Source: Chthonomonadales bacterium
GTDB lineage: Bacteria > Armatimonadota > Chthonomonadetes > Chthonomonadales > CAJBBX01
Length of the DNA: 64,000 nt
Reading direction: 5' to 3'
Assembly (NCBI GenBank): GCA_037443035.1
Contig: JBBIPC010000001.1
Span: 192,001 to 256,000, forward strand
A model generated the notes under the pieces. The model worked only from the letters and a program-made list of their open reading frames with translations, did not search any database and was not told the DNA's origin. The first letter of the stretch is position 1; every line of letters begins with the position of its first letter. The translations under genes were made by a program, and so were the position numbers. Shown in pieces: positions 48,733 through 60,202 of the stretch.

Positions 48733-51201
48733 ATGCGCCACGTGGCACACTTGGATACCACCACATATGTAGCAGACGTTGCAGTCCTGGATGCAGGTTC
48801 CGCGCCTGACCTTCTTACTTATGCTGTGCCTGCCTCGATTGCCGACGACGCCACACCTGGGCTGCCTGTCCAGGTTTCTGTCCGTGGCAGACTGAAGCTT
48901 GGATACATCGTACGTCTGTATCACCTGCCGACCAGCGATCCCTTGTCTTCGAGGGTCATTCCATGTCAGAGCGCTCCACCCGGAGCCGCGCCCCTAAGCG
49001 TAGAGGAACTGTCGCTAGCCGGGTGGCTTGCCGACTACTGCATAACGGGACTCGGCGATGCCATCCGTGCCGTCCGGCCCGCGGCTCTCCAGATCTCCGT
49101 CCGCCGCACCGTTCGGCTCACCACCCTCGGTCTGGCAGCGTTACGGGGCGACGATCCAGGAGTACGCCGCTCGCCAAGCCGACTGCTAGTCATGGAAACA
49201 CTGCGTGCCCGCGGTGGAAGCTGTCCCTACAGCAAGCTCGTCCAGATCGCTGGAAGCGCCGCGGCGGACTCCATCCGACTACTAGCGTCCCAGGGTCTCC
49301 TGGAGGAGGTCGTCGAGACAGTCGCTGCCACTCGCTCTCGCGAGGTTGCCGCCGTCTCCCTTGAAGAGGCGGATGTTGACGCTGCCTCGCTTACTGCTGC
49401 GCAGAAGCGCGTTGTCGAAACGCTGCGGCATGAGGCAGATGCTTGCCCTGTGGCTACCCTCATGAAAGCCGCCGCAGTCACGCGGGGAGTCATAGACGGG
49501 CTGGTGACAAAGGGCGTGCTCATCCGCACCACCGCTCGTGTTCGGCGAGCGCCCTCAGTTACTGCCCAAGCTGGAGTGGCACCCATCGCCCACACCGACG
49601 AGCAGGCTGCGGCGATCAGCGAGATTCTGGCTGACCTCCACCGGCCGCCCGAGTCCAAGCGCCCCATATTGGTGCACGGCGTAACCGCCAGCGGCAAGAC
49701 CGAGGTCTACCTGGAGGCCATTCGTTCAGTCCGTGCCACCGGCCGTGGTGCTATTGTCCTTGTGCCCGAGATCGCTCTGGCATCACAGGTCGTGGATCTC
49801 ATTGCCGCCCGATTTGGAGACGATGTCGCGGTGCTGCACAGCCGGTTGGCCAACGGGGAGAGGTGCGACGAATGGCAACGTGTTGCCGCAGGCGAAGCAG
49901 GTATCGCGGTAGGAGCTAGATCGGCAGTCTTCGCTCCAGTCAAAGACATCGGTCTGATCGTCATAGACGAGGAGCACGAAGCAGCATACAAGCAGGAGTC
50001 CGCACCGCGGTACCACGCCCGGGACGTGGCTTACAAGCGTGCACGCGATTCAGGTGCTACCGTCGTTCTCGGAAGTGCTACTCCCTCTCTCGAAAGCTAC
50101 CACGCTGCCTTGGCAGGGCAATCCACTCTCGTGACACTGGAAAAACGAGCGACCGGTGCCGCGCTTCCACAGGTCGAGATCGTGGACATGCGGCAAGAGT
50201 TCAGGACCGGCGCCGTCATGTTCAGCGCCGTACTGTTGGACGCAATGCGACAGAGGCTCGATCGCGGCGAGCAGATGCTGCTGTTCCTCAATCGGCGCGG
50301 CTACGCGGCTTTCGTTCTGTGCCGGGACTGCGGTTATGTCGCCAAGTGTCCTCAGTGCTCCGTGTCCCTCACCTACCATGCGGCGGCCAACGTGCTCCGG
50401 TGCCACCATTGCGGCCACGCACAGGCCCCTCCATTGACATGCCCGGACTGCGAGGGCGCCCGGCTGCGTGGATTCGGATTGGGCACGGAGCGGATCCAAG
50501 AGGAGCTCGCCCGGCTGCTTCCTGAGGCGCGTGTGATTCGCATGGACCGCGATACCACCGCTCGCAAGGACGCCCATGGCCGTCTGATTCGTGCGTTCCG
50601 TAACGGCGAAGCCGACATCCTTATCGGAACACAGATGGTTGCTAAGGGGCTGGACTTCCCGCGAGTGACGCTCGTAGGCGTCGTGAGTGCGGACGTAGGA
50701 CTTCACATCCCCGACTTTCGTGCTGCCGAAAGGAGCTTTCAGCTCCTGGCCCAGGTGGCAGGACGCGCAGGTCGGGCGGACGTGCCGGGACAGGTGCTCA
50801 TTCAGACCTTCACGCCAGAGCACTACGCAATCCAGTGCGCAGCTCGACAGGACTATCGCGCGTTCTACACCCACGAGATCGCCCAGCGGAGGGAACTCCG
50901 GTATCCACCGTTCGTCCACCTAGCCAACATCGTGGCGGCCGCTCCTAGCCACGAGGCAGCGCGAGACGCCCTAGACGTCGTCAAGGCGGCCATTCGATCC
51001 TGTACCGAACCATCCTGCACGGTGACAGGACCTGCCCCTGCCCCTCTCGAACGATTGAAAGGAGACTTCCGCTGGCATCTCCTACTCCGTTCCGTGCATC
51101 GCCAAGCACTGAACGAGACCATAAGGACAGCGTTGAAGGAAGTTCGCTCGAGCGTTCGCCAGTTACTGACCGTTGACTTGGATCCCATGTCGCTAGCTTG
51201 A
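48733..51201 (+). CDS. priA: primosomal protein N' (replication restart helicase)
   Basis: GVTASGKT, LVPEI, DEEH, SATPS, CxxC zinc region, GTQMVAKGLDFP, QVAGRAGR. Confidence 0.97.
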   Translation: MRHVAHLDTTTYVADVAVLDAGSAPDLLTYAVPASIADDATPGLPVQVSVRGRLKLGYIVRLYHLPTSDPLSSRVIPCQSAPPGAAPLSVEELSLAGWLADYCITGLGDAIRAVRPAALQISVRRTVRLTTLGLAALRGDDPGVRRSPSRLLVMETLRARGGSCPYSKLVQIAGSAAADSIRLLASQGLLEEVVETVAATRSREVAAVSLEEADVDAASLTAAQKRVVETLRHEADACPVATLMKAAAVTRGVIDGLVTKGVLIRTTARVRRAPSVTAQAGVAPIAHTDEQAAAISEILADLHRPPESKRPILVHGVTASGKTEVYLEAIRSVRATGRGAIVLVPEIALASQVVDLIAARFGDDVAVLHSRLANGERCDEWQRVAAGEAGIAVGARSAVFAPVKDIGLIVIDEEHEAAYKQESAPRYHARDVAYKRARDSGATVVLGSATPSLESYHAALAGQSTLVTLEKRATGAALPQVEIVDMRQEFRTGAVMFSAVLLDAMRQRLDRGEQMLLFLNRRGYAAFVLCRDCGYVAKCPQCSVSLTYHAAANVLRCHHCGHAQAPPLTCPDCEGARLRGFGLGTERIQEELARLLPEARVIRMDRDTTARKDAHGRLIRAFRNGEADILIGTQMVAKGLDFPRVTLVGVVSADVGLHIPDFRAAERSFQLLAQVAGRAGRADVPGQVLIQTFTPEHYAIQCAARQDYRAFYTHEIAQRRELRYPPFVHLANIVAAAPSHEAARDALDVVKAAIRSCTEPSCTVTGPAPAPLERLKGDFRWHLLLRSVHRQALNETIRTALKEVRSSVRQLLTVDLDPMSLA

Positions 51202-51226
51202 TTACGGTACTAGGAAGGACGAGAGG

Positions 51227-52318
51227 ATGACCAGACCGATACTGCAGACCGCTGTGAAACCCGATTGGGAGGCTCTGCTCCGGTGCATCCATCGCGAGGG
51301 AACGCCGTCTCGCGTCCACAACATCGAGCTGTTTCTCGACCCAGAAGTGAATGACGCAGTGGCGGATCGCTTCGACCTGACGTCGAGCCTCGACCGGAAC
51401 GCGGACGACTTCGCTTACCGACGCTATGTGGCGGTGCAAAGGTTCCTCGGGTACGACTACGTTCGTTTCGGTGTCGAGAACATGGACTGGCCCATGCATC
51501 GTGGGATCACCGAAGACACGGCGCCGCTAACCCGTCAGACGGGTCGGAGTTACATTGACGAGCACCGAGGACCCATCACGACCTGGGACGAGTTCGAAGC
51601 TTACCCGTGGCCGGATCCGAGCAAGGCTACGACCCGAGGGCTCGAATGGTGCGAGAAACACCTGCCCGACGACATGTGCGTCATAGCCGGAGGCGGCTTC
51701 GGCCATATCGCTGAGCACCTGATCTGGCTCATGGGCTACGAGACTATCTGCTACGCACTGTACGACAACAGGGATCTTGTGAAGGCCATTAGCGACCGCG
51801 TAACGGAGATCTTCGTCGAAGTCATGCGCATCGTTCTGCAGTTCCCCCGGGTCAAGGCGACATGGGGCAGCGACGACATGGGCCACCGGTCCGGCACCCT
51901 GCTCAGCCCCCGTGACACGCGGGAGTTCATACTGCCGGGCCACAAGAAGCTTGCGCGAATGAGCCATGCCGCTGGCCGACCGTATCTGCTCCATTCCTGT
52001 GGCAACTTGCGCTCGATCATGGATGACCTCATCAGCGACGTACAGATCGACGCAAAGCACTCGTTCGAGGACACGATCGAGACTGTCACAGAGGCGAAGC
52101 GAACATACGGTCAGCGAATCGCCCTGCTCGGTGGCATTGATGTGGATTTCCTCTGTGTGGCCGAAGAGGAGGCGATCCGCGAGCGTGTCCGCGATACGCT
52201 GAGTCAGTGCATGCCAGGCGGTGGCTATTGTCTGGGCACGGGGAACAGCGTGACGAACTACATCCCGTTGGACAACTATCTCGTCATGCTCGACGAGGGG
52301 CGCCGCTGGCAAGGTTGA
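51227..52318 (+). CDS. uroporphyrinogen decarboxylase / MtaA-CmuA-like family protein
   Basis: YPWPDP, LMGYE, SDDMG, LLHSCG, LLGGIDV, GGYCLGTGNS. Confidence 0.8.
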   Translation: MTRPILQTAVKPDWEALLRCIHREGTPSRVHNIELFLDPEVNDAVADRFDLTSSLDRNADDFAYRRYVAVQRFLGYDYVRFGVENMDWPMHRGITEDTAPLTRQTGRSYIDEHRGPITTWDEFEAYPWPDPSKATTRGLEWCEKHLPDDMCVIAGGGFGHIAEHLIWLMGYETICYALYDNRDLVKAISDRVTEIFVEVMRIVLQFPRVKATWGSDDMGHRSGTLLSPRDTREFILPGHKKLARMSHAAGRPYLLHSCGNLRSIMDDLISDVQIDAKHSFEDTIETVTEAKRTYGQRIALLGGIDVDFLCVAEEEAIRERVRDTLSQCMPGGGYCLGTGNSVTNYIPLDNYLVMLDEGRRWQG

Positions 52319-52322
52319 CCCC

Positions 52323-52349
52323 AGAGGAGGGGCTGGATGCCTCTCCTCT
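52323..52349. terminator. stem-loop after the UroD-family gene
   Basis: AGAGGAGGGGC-tggat-GCCTCTCCTCT. Confidence 0.55.
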
Positions 52350-52489
52350 TGTGGCCCACGCTCGCGCACCCGCGCTGTTGTCCTTGAGGCTCGGGGCTGC
52401 GTCTCGATGGATGAGTGCCAACCGCCATGGTGGACGCCAGGTCGTGCGCAGGGAGACCAGGCCGGCCTCCCTGCAAGCGATACCGTCTG

Positions 52490-53197
52490 CTACCGTGCCT
52501 CAGCCTCGATGGCCCGAGGAAACAGCACATTGTTTTCCTTATGGATGTGAATGTGTAGGTCCACTTCCAGCTTGCCCATCTCCTCGAGCATGGCCGCATA
52601 GGTCGGGCAGCCGTCAGGCGGGAGAGTGTAATCGGCAGTGAGCTTCCGCAAAGCGGCCAAGGCGTTGCCCGCGTGCTCATGTTCCATGACCATGACCCGG
52701 ATTGGGTTCGCCACGCTGCCGAAATGTGGGTCCGTAGCGTTCGCCCGCTCGAGGTCCCGGCAAGCCGGAAACAGAATGTTCTCCTCTTTCCACATGTGGG
52801 AGTCCAGCTCAGCTCGCAAGTCGCTGAAGACCCTCTGTACCTCGCCCAACTCAGGATGCCGCTGAACGTGCGCAGCAACCGCCTGCTCGATGAGTTGCGT
52901 GATCCGAGGCAGCACACCGCGAAGATACTGATGATGCGTCTCCTCGATATGGTCGCAGAGCTCGGCGATAGTCATTCTCGCCACATCCACTTCTGAGGAG
53001 TTGTGATCGGTGCTGTCGGACTGCTCGATCCTGGCAAGAACGGATTCGACGTTCAGCCCTCGCTCAGCGCATGCCTGTGTAAGCGTGGACTGACCCCCGC
53101 AGCAGTAATCGAGGCCAAGTTCTTCGAAGATGCGGGCTCGTGTCGGCCTTTCCAGAACGAGCTGGCCAAGTGTCTTGTCCTGTTGTCGATCGGACAT
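52490..53197 (-). CDS. ric: iron-sulfur cluster repair di-iron protein (RIC/YtfE/ScdA)
   Basis: GLDYCCGG, HHQYLR, HMWKEENILFP, MEHEHAG, HIHKENNVLFP. Confidence 0.95.
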   Translation of the reverse strand: MSDRQQDKTLGQLVLERPTRARIFEELGLDYCCGGQSTLTQACAERGLNVESVLARIEQSDSTDHNSSEVDVARMTIAELCDHIEETHHQYLRGVLPRITQLIEQAVAAHVQRHPELGEVQRVFSDLRAELDSHMWKEENILFPACRDLERANATDPHFGSVANPIRVMVMEHEHAGNALAALRKLTADYTLPPDGCPTYAAMLEEMGKLEVDLHIHIHKENNVLFPRAIEAEAR

Positions 53198-53237
53198 CGT
53201 TTCCTCCGCGTTGGTATTCGCGCGTGTCTGCCTGACC

Positions 53238-53561
53238 CTACTTGGCGGCCTTGACCATGTAGAGCAGCATAACGGTCCTTGATCGGGCAAGGATCGAGTG
53301 CGGCATGTGCGCAGGCATCAACGCCCAGAAGCCGGCGTGCGCTTCGACCTTCCGATCACCGATGATAACGTCGGAGTCGCCAGCCAAGAGGTGGATCGTC
53401 GCCGGCACGGATGCCGTATGCTCGGACAGCTCCTGCCCAGCGTCGAAACCAAAGAGAACGACCTTCAGGTGCTCGTCGCTGTGGAGGGTCCTACTGATGA
53501 TGCCGTTTTCAGGTACCACGACTTCGCTGCTGAGATCCGCAAGTATTCGACTCTCGCTCAT
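53238..53561 (-). CDS. cupin domain protein
   Basis: IISRTL, LFGFDAGQELSEHTA, MPAHMPHS. Confidence 0.88.
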   Translation of the reverse strand: MSESRILADLSSEVVVPENGIISRTLHSDEHLKVVLFGFDAGQELSEHTASVPATIHLLAGDSDVIIGDRKVEAHAGFWALMPAHMPHSILARSRTVMLLYMVKAAK

Positions 53562-53656
53562 TTCATACTCCTGAGTTGGTTGCTCGGCTGTACGTGTCTG
53601 CCATGTTATATACGGACGTGCGAGTCCATTTATCACCCACTATCTCCAAACCGAGG

Positions 53657-53686
53657 TTGACACGAAGCAGACCTGTGCCGTATACT
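53657..53686 (+). promoter_or_regulatory. sigma70-type promoter of the tRNA cluster
   Basis: TTGACA-18 nt-TATACT. Confidence 0.75.
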
Positions 53687-53719
53687 GCTCCTGTGCGAAC
53701 CGCTATTGTGGCGGTGTAG

Positions 53720-53792
53720 GCGCTCGTAGCTCAGCGGATAGAGCGGCAGGTTGCGGACCTGTAGGTCGGGGGTTCGATTCCCTCCGAGCGCG
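53720..53792 (+). tRNA. tRNA-Arg(GCG), CCA not encoded
   Basis: GCGCTCG/CGAGCGC acceptor, GGATA D loop, GCAGG-TTGCGGA-CCTGT anticodon arm. Confidence 0.93.
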
Positions 53793-53833
53793 CGGCGTAG
53801 CCCACCGGTCCGACACGATTCGTCGGTCATTGC

Positions 53834-53906
53834 GCCCTCGTAGCTCAGTGGATAGAGCTGGGGCGTCCTAAGCCCTGAGTCGGGGGTTCGATTCCCTCCG
53901 AGGGCG
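53834..53906 (+). tRNA. tRNA-Arg(CCT), CCA not encoded
   Basis: GCCCTCG/CGAGGGC acceptor, GGGGC-GTCCTAA-GCCCT anticodon arm. Confidence 0.92.
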
Positions 53907-53921
53907 TTCCTTTCTCCTAGC

Positions 53922-54009
53922 GGAGGGGTCGCATAGTGGACTAGTGCGCCCGCCTCGAAAGCGGGTAGGCCCTCAAGCCTCGCGGGTTCGAATCCCGCCC
54001 CCTCCGCCA
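53922..54009 (+). tRNA. tRNA-Ser(CGA), CCA encoded
   Basis: GGAGGGG/CCCCTCC acceptor, CCCGC-CTCGAAA-GCGGG, long variable arm, GCCA end. Confidence 0.95.
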
Positions 54010-54101
54010 GCTCCTCTGCCACACCTCCCCACCACAGGCCAGTTCGCCGAGTCGAGACGTGGACACCTGGAAACCCGCCAGGCACTTCCTACGTATCTAG
54101 A

Positions 54102-54131
54102 CTTGACATCAACGCACTAAAATCGAATAAT
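54102..54131 (+). promoter_or_regulatory. dnaK promoter overlapped by a HAIR-like (HspR) operator
   Basis: TTGACA-17 nt-AATAAT; CTTGACA-N7-ACTAAAA resembles HAIR CTTGAGT-N7-ACTCAAG. Confidence 0.65.
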
Positions 54132-54183
54132 AGAAACGCGCTAATGAGGGTGCGCATGTTACGCGCCCACATCGTGGAGGTAG

Positions 54184-56010
<1,827 letters not shown>

Positions 56011-56017
56011 CGTCGCG

Positions 56018-56067
56018 TGGCCGCGCGGGTTCGATTGCTGTCCGCATGAGCAACCCGCCGGCGGCCA
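56018..56067 (+). other. intergenic stem-loop between dnaK and dnaJ
   Basis: TGGCCGC-GCGGGTT ... AACCCGC-cg-GCGGCCA. Confidence 0.5.
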
Positions 56068-56090
56068 TGTTGTAGCTGGGGTGAGGCGAA

Positions 56091-57104
56091 GTGGCGACGC
56101 CTGCGTACAAAGACTACTATCAGATACTCGGTGTCAAGCGGGGAGCTGACGAGAAGGAGATCAAGGCGGCCTACCGTCGGCTCGCCCGGAAGTATCACCC
56201 GGATGTGAATCCTAACGATCCTAGCGCCGAGGAACGCTTCAAAGAGATTAGCGAGGCGTATGAGGTTCTCAGCGACCCTCATAAGCGTGCCCAGTACGAT
56301 AGCTTCGGAGATCAGTGGCGACGGGCCAGTCAGGCGGGTGCTCGTCCAGGCGGGAGCCCGTTCGGGACCGGCACACCCGACATCGAGTTCAGCTTCGGCG
56401 GTACGGATCTTCACGACTTCTTCGAGACTATCTTCGGAGGACGGCCGACACGGTCGCGCCGTGCCGCGACTCGCGGCGAGGACGTCGAGTTCGGCATAGA
56501 TGTGAGCCTCGAAGAGGTCATGCAAGGCACCGTCAAGTCTCACACGGTGAACATCGAAGATGTATGCTCGTCGTGCGGGGGTGCCGGAACGCTCGGTCCC
56601 CGGCGGGGCGCCTTCGATCTCAGCGCCTCGCCATGTCCAGACTGCCGCGGCAGAGGGCGTTCGACAAGAAGCCAGCGGATCAAGGTCAAGATACCTCCGG
56701 GGGTCGAGGATGGCAGGCGGTTGTGTCTCCGCGGACAGGGCGCGGCAGGTCCCGACGGAACGAAAGGTGACCTGTATCTTGTCGTGCGCGTTCGAGCGCA
56801 CCCAGACTTTCAGCTACAGGAGCGAGACCTCCATACTGACGTCGAGATACCCTACACAGTCGCTGCTCTTGGAGGCGAGGTCCAAGTGAAAACTCCGCTC
56901 GGTTCCCGCACTCTAACGGTACCACCGGGCGTCCAAAGCGGCCAGCGAATCCGCGTAAGCGGTCAGGGACTGCCCAATCCTGGCGGCAAGGCTGGTGACT
57001 TGTACGCACGCGTGCGCGTCACCGTGCCAAAGGACATCAGCCCGCGGGAGCGTGAGTTGCTCAGCGAGCTCGCCAGACTGCGCGGCGACCGTGTAAGACT
57101 ATGA
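56091..57104 (+). CDS. dnaJ: DnaJ/CbpA-type co-chaperone
   Basis: KDYY..LGV, HPD, G/F region, two CxxCxGxG motifs, C-terminal GDLY repeats. Confidence 0.9.
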   Translation: MATPAYKDYYQILGVKRGADEKEIKAAYRRLARKYHPDVNPNDPSAEERFKEISEAYEVLSDPHKRAQYDSFGDQWRRASQAGARPGGSPFGTGTPDIEFSFGGTDLHDFFETIFGGRPTRSRRAATRGEDVEFGIDVSLEEVMQGTVKSHTVNIEDVCSSCGGAGTLGPRRGAFDLSASPCPDCRGRGRSTRSQRIKVKIPPGVEDGRRLCLRGQGAAGPDGTKGDLYLVVRVRAHPDFQLQERDLHTDVEIPYTVAALGGEVQVKTPLGSRTLTVPPGVQSGQRIRVSGQGLPNPGGKAGDLYARVRVTVPKDISPRERELLSELARLRGDRVRL

Positions 57105-57445
57105 ACTTTGGGGGCAACGAGCCTATGCCACGCGCCGACCAGGAACCGCTCTACCTGATCAGCGTCGCTGCCCAACTGACTGGTCTGCATCCGCAGACTG
57201 TTCGCCTGTACGAGCGGCTGGGTCTCGTGTCGCCTGTCCGAGTCAGCAACAAGAACCGCTTGTTTTCGGATGCCGACATAGAGCGACTGCGTCAGATCCG
57301 CCGCTTCACGCAGGATATGGGGGTGAACCTCGCGGGTGTCGAGATCATCCTGGATCTGCTTAGGAAAATGGAGGCACTGCAGGCTGAGCTCGACGCCCTG
57401 CGAGAACGTCTCCGCAGCATGGGCGTTTCCGACGCTGACATGTAG
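57101..57445 (+). CDS. hspR: MerR-family heat-shock repressor HspR
   Basis: [50 protein letters not shown] overlap with dnaJ. Confidence 0.88.
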   Translation: MNFGGNEPMPRADQEPLYLISVAAQLTGLHPQTVRLYERLGLVSPVRVSNKNRLFSDADIERLRQIRRFTQDMGVNLAGVEIILDLLRKMEALQAELDALRERLRSMGVSDADM

Positions 57446-57454
57446 ATGCGTCTC

Positions 57455-57498
57455 CAGACCCCGCACCTCATCTGCGCGCGCAGGAGGTGCGGGGTCTG
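57455..57498. terminator. long hairpin between convergent hspR and purH
   Basis: CAGACCCCGCACCTC...GAGGTGCGGGGTCTG, 15-bp perfect stem. Confidence 0.75.
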
Positions 57499-57505
57499 TT
57501 GCGCA

Positions 57506-59086
57506 TCAGTGCCGGAAATGACGGACGCCCGTGAAGACCATTGCCACGCCCCGCTCGTTGCATAGGGCTATAGTATCGCTATCGCGCCTAGACCCGCCCG
57601 GCTGGATAATGGCAGTCACGCCAGCATCAGCCGCAACCGTGGGACCGTCGGCAAATGGGAAAAACGCGTCCGATGCAAGGACGCTTCCGGCTGCCTTCTC
57701 CCCAGCCTGTGCCACCGCCAGCCGGACAGATTGGACACGATTCATCTGACCAGCACCGACCCCAACGATTCGGTGTTCCTTCGTCAGCACAATGGCGTTG
57801 GACTTGACATGCTTCACCGCGCGCCACGCAAACAGCAGCTCTTGCAGCTCATCCTCTGTCGGTCGGCGCTCGGTCACAACAGTGATCTCGTCACGGGTGA
57901 GCAACTTCAGGTCCCTATCCTGTACAAGTAGCCCACCGACCAGTTGCTTCACCTGCCAACCCCGCGCACGAGAGCGCCAGCTCTCGAGGGAGCCAACTTC
58001 CAGCAACCGAACGTTTTCGCCCCACTTCCGTCGGCTCTTCAGCAATTCGAGCGCCTCCGCATCGTAGCCTGGTGCTATGATCACCTCGAAGAATGTTCCG
58101 GGCTCGGTCATGGCCCGTGCTGTCTCCCGGTCCACCACCTGGCTCAGTGCAACGATGCCGCCGAAGGCCGACACCGGATCTCCTTCCAGCGCCCCTCGGA
58201 ATGCGGCGTCTAGGGTCGGAGCCTGGGCCAGACCGCACGGGTTCGTATGCTTCACGATGACACATGCCGGAGCTTCGGAGAAGTCCTTGATAGTCTCGAG
58301 CGCCGCATCGGCATCGCAGAGGTTGTTGAACGATAGCGGCTTGCCATGGATCACCTTCGCCAGGCCAATGCACGGTTCCGTGGTGGTGTCCTGGACGTAG
58401 AACGCCGCCTTCTGATGCGGATTCTCCCCGTACCTACAGGGATACGCCAATGTCGCTCCAATCACGAGCGTCTGCGGGTGCTCATCGCCTGGTGCAAGCG
58501 TGGTGCGCATCCACTCCGCAATGCGTGCATCGTAGGCGGCGACGTGCGCGAACGCCTTGGCCGCCAAGCGACGGCGCGTTGCCAGAGGCACGGCGCCCTG
58601 CTGCGTGCGCAACTCCTCCAACACACCTGCGTAGTCAGAAGGGTCCACAAGAACCACCACGTGCTCGTGGTTCTTGGCCGCAGACCGCACCATGGAAGGT
58701 CCGCCGATGTCTATGTTTTCGATACATTCTTGTACAGGCTTTCCTGATCGTACCGTCTCGGCGAAGGGATACAGGTTGACGCAGACAATGTCGATCGGGG
58801 AGATTCCATGTTCCGTGACCGCGCGCTGATGCTCCTCGAGCTCCCTCCGGAACAGGATGCCGCCGTGGACCGCCGGGTGCAACGTCTTGACACGACCGTC
58901 CAGCATTTCCGGGAAGCCAGTCAACTCCTCGATCCCGCGAACGGGGAGGCCAGCCGAGCGAAGCTCGTTAGCTGTCCCCCCGGTGGACACCAGCTCTACC
59001 CCAAGATCTGCAAGGCCTGTTGCGAACTCCAGGATTCCTGACTTGTCGGACACGCTCAACAGGGCGCGCCGGACACGATGAACCAT
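57506..59086 (-). CDS. purH: bifunctional AICAR transformylase / IMP cyclohydrolase
   Basis: RALLSVSDK, STGGT, GRVKTLHP, RYGENPHQ, KHTNPCG, ASDAFFPF, RHFRH. Confidence 0.98.
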   Translation of the reverse strand: MVHRVRRALLSVSDKSGILEFATGLADLGVELVSTGGTANELRSAGLPVRGIEELTGFPEMLDGRVKTLHPAVHGGILFRRELEEHQRAVTEHGISPIDIVCVNLYPFAETVRSGKPVQECIENIDIGGPSMVRSAAKNHEHVVVLVDPSDYAGVLEELRTQQGAVPLATRRRLAAKAFAHVAAYDARIAEWMRTTLAPGDEHPQTLVIGATLAYPCRYGENPHQKAAFYVQDTTTEPCIGLAKVIHGKPLSFNNLCDADAALETIKDFSEAPACVIVKHTNPCGLAQAPTLDAAFRGALEGDPVSAFGGIVALSQVVDRETARAMTEPGTFFEVIIAPGYDAEALELLKSRRKWGENVRLLEVGSLESWRSRARGWQVKQLVGGLLVQDRDLKLLTRDEITVVTERRPTEDELQELLFAWRAVKHVKSNAIVLTKEHRIVGVGAGQMNRVQSVRLAVAQAGEKAAGSVLASDAFFPFADGPTVAADAGVTAIIQPGGSRRDSDTIALCNERGVAMVFTGVRHFRH

Positions 59087-59190
59087 GGCAACCTCCACGT
59101 TCTATTTGGCTGGGAGCATGGCCCGATCCGTGTAGTGTGGACCGAGCCTACACCTGAGTGTTGTCGCTGATGCAGGAGACAGTGCTTCCG

Positions 59191-60189
59191 TCACTCTATC
59201 GGTGTCGTCTTCGCGATCAGCGGAGCGAGCGCTGCATCCAACGTCGCTTCAGTGGGACCTGCATCTACGCCCGAGAAGAGAAACCAGCGCTCGACATGCT
59301 CGACCGAGCCACCCGGCTCGAGTTTCGTCAGCGGACCCACCGTCTCCACTTCCATGAACGTACCTTTCGTGAAGGTCTCGCAGTTGCACCCGTCATCGGG
59401 ATAGGTTGCACCCTTGACATAGGCAAATCGCTTGACAAACAAGGTGCCTGCATTCAGGTAAGCCATCCACCCCTGCTTGTTGGCGACACCGACCTTTTGT
59501 GCGAAGTTCAGCGACGCTTCTGTCCGCAACCGCAGGTACTTCTTGCCGATCGTCCAGCGCGGGTCTGTGAGATCCGTGTAATGCCACAGTACCATAGGCC
59601 GTGCTGGAAGCACGTAGTCGTCATGGGAGATGTAGGGTTCCTGAGGAATGATGGTGGTTCCTCCTCCAGCCACGATCGTCAACGCCCACGGGGCCGCCTC
59701 CACGGCCCAGACTCCCCGGTTCGTGAGACGGTGTACAACTTTGACACCAGAACCTTCTACATCTAGCGTGACTGTGATTTCCTTTTGCATGCCAGTGTGT
59801 GGCTCGACCTCCTGCGTAAGCCGTATCGTTCCATCGGCTTCCACCTTCACCGCAACTGGATCATTGTCAGGCGCGTAGCTGCGTGGTTTGACCTCTGGCG
59901 CGTGCCAGAATCGGTGACCGCCGTACGGCTTCCAATCGCCCCATTCCGTCTTGACGACATCGTCGGGCATTTCTGCGAAGACGTTCGACTTTCCGACAAA
60001 GCCGTAACGTATCACTCTAGGACCGATATCCGTCGTGACGATCACTTCCACCGTACCGTTAGTCAGCTTGTAACAGTTTGGCTTGCCGAAGTAGGACAGC
60101 TTCTCCACTTTCACTTCCCCTTTCGCAGGTGCCAAGATCGTCCACCAGAGCATTGAGGCTGCGGCACCTGCCAATAGCGTCTGTCGCAT
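59191..60189 (-). CDS. secreted hypothetical protein (galactose-mutarotase-like beta fold suspected)
   Basis: Signal peptide; GPRVIRY, YGGHRFWHAPE, EVETVGP, HVERW. Confidence 0.7.
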   Translation of the reverse strand: MRQTLLAGAAASMLWWTILAPAKGEVKVEKLSYFGKPNCYKLTNGTVEVIVTTDIGPRVIRYGFVGKSNVFAEMPDDVVKTEWGDWKPYGGHRFWHAPEVKPRSYAPDNDPVAVKVEADGTIRLTQEVEPHTGMQKEITVTLDVEGSGVKVVHRLTNRGVWAVEAAPWALTIVAGGGTTIIPQEPYISHDDYVLPARPMVLWHYTDLTDPRWTIGKKYLRLRTEASLNFAQKVGVANKQGWMAYLNAGTLFVKRFAYVKGATYPDDGCNCETFTKGTFMEVETVGPLTKLEPGGSVEHVERWFLFSGVDAGPTEATLDAALAPLIAKTTPIE

Positions 60190-60202
60190 ATTGTGTACCC
60201 TC

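Noticed and set aside
53633..54085. 150-aa minus-strand ORF with repeated ALGGNRTPD
   Set aside because: Antisense translation of the three tRNA genes
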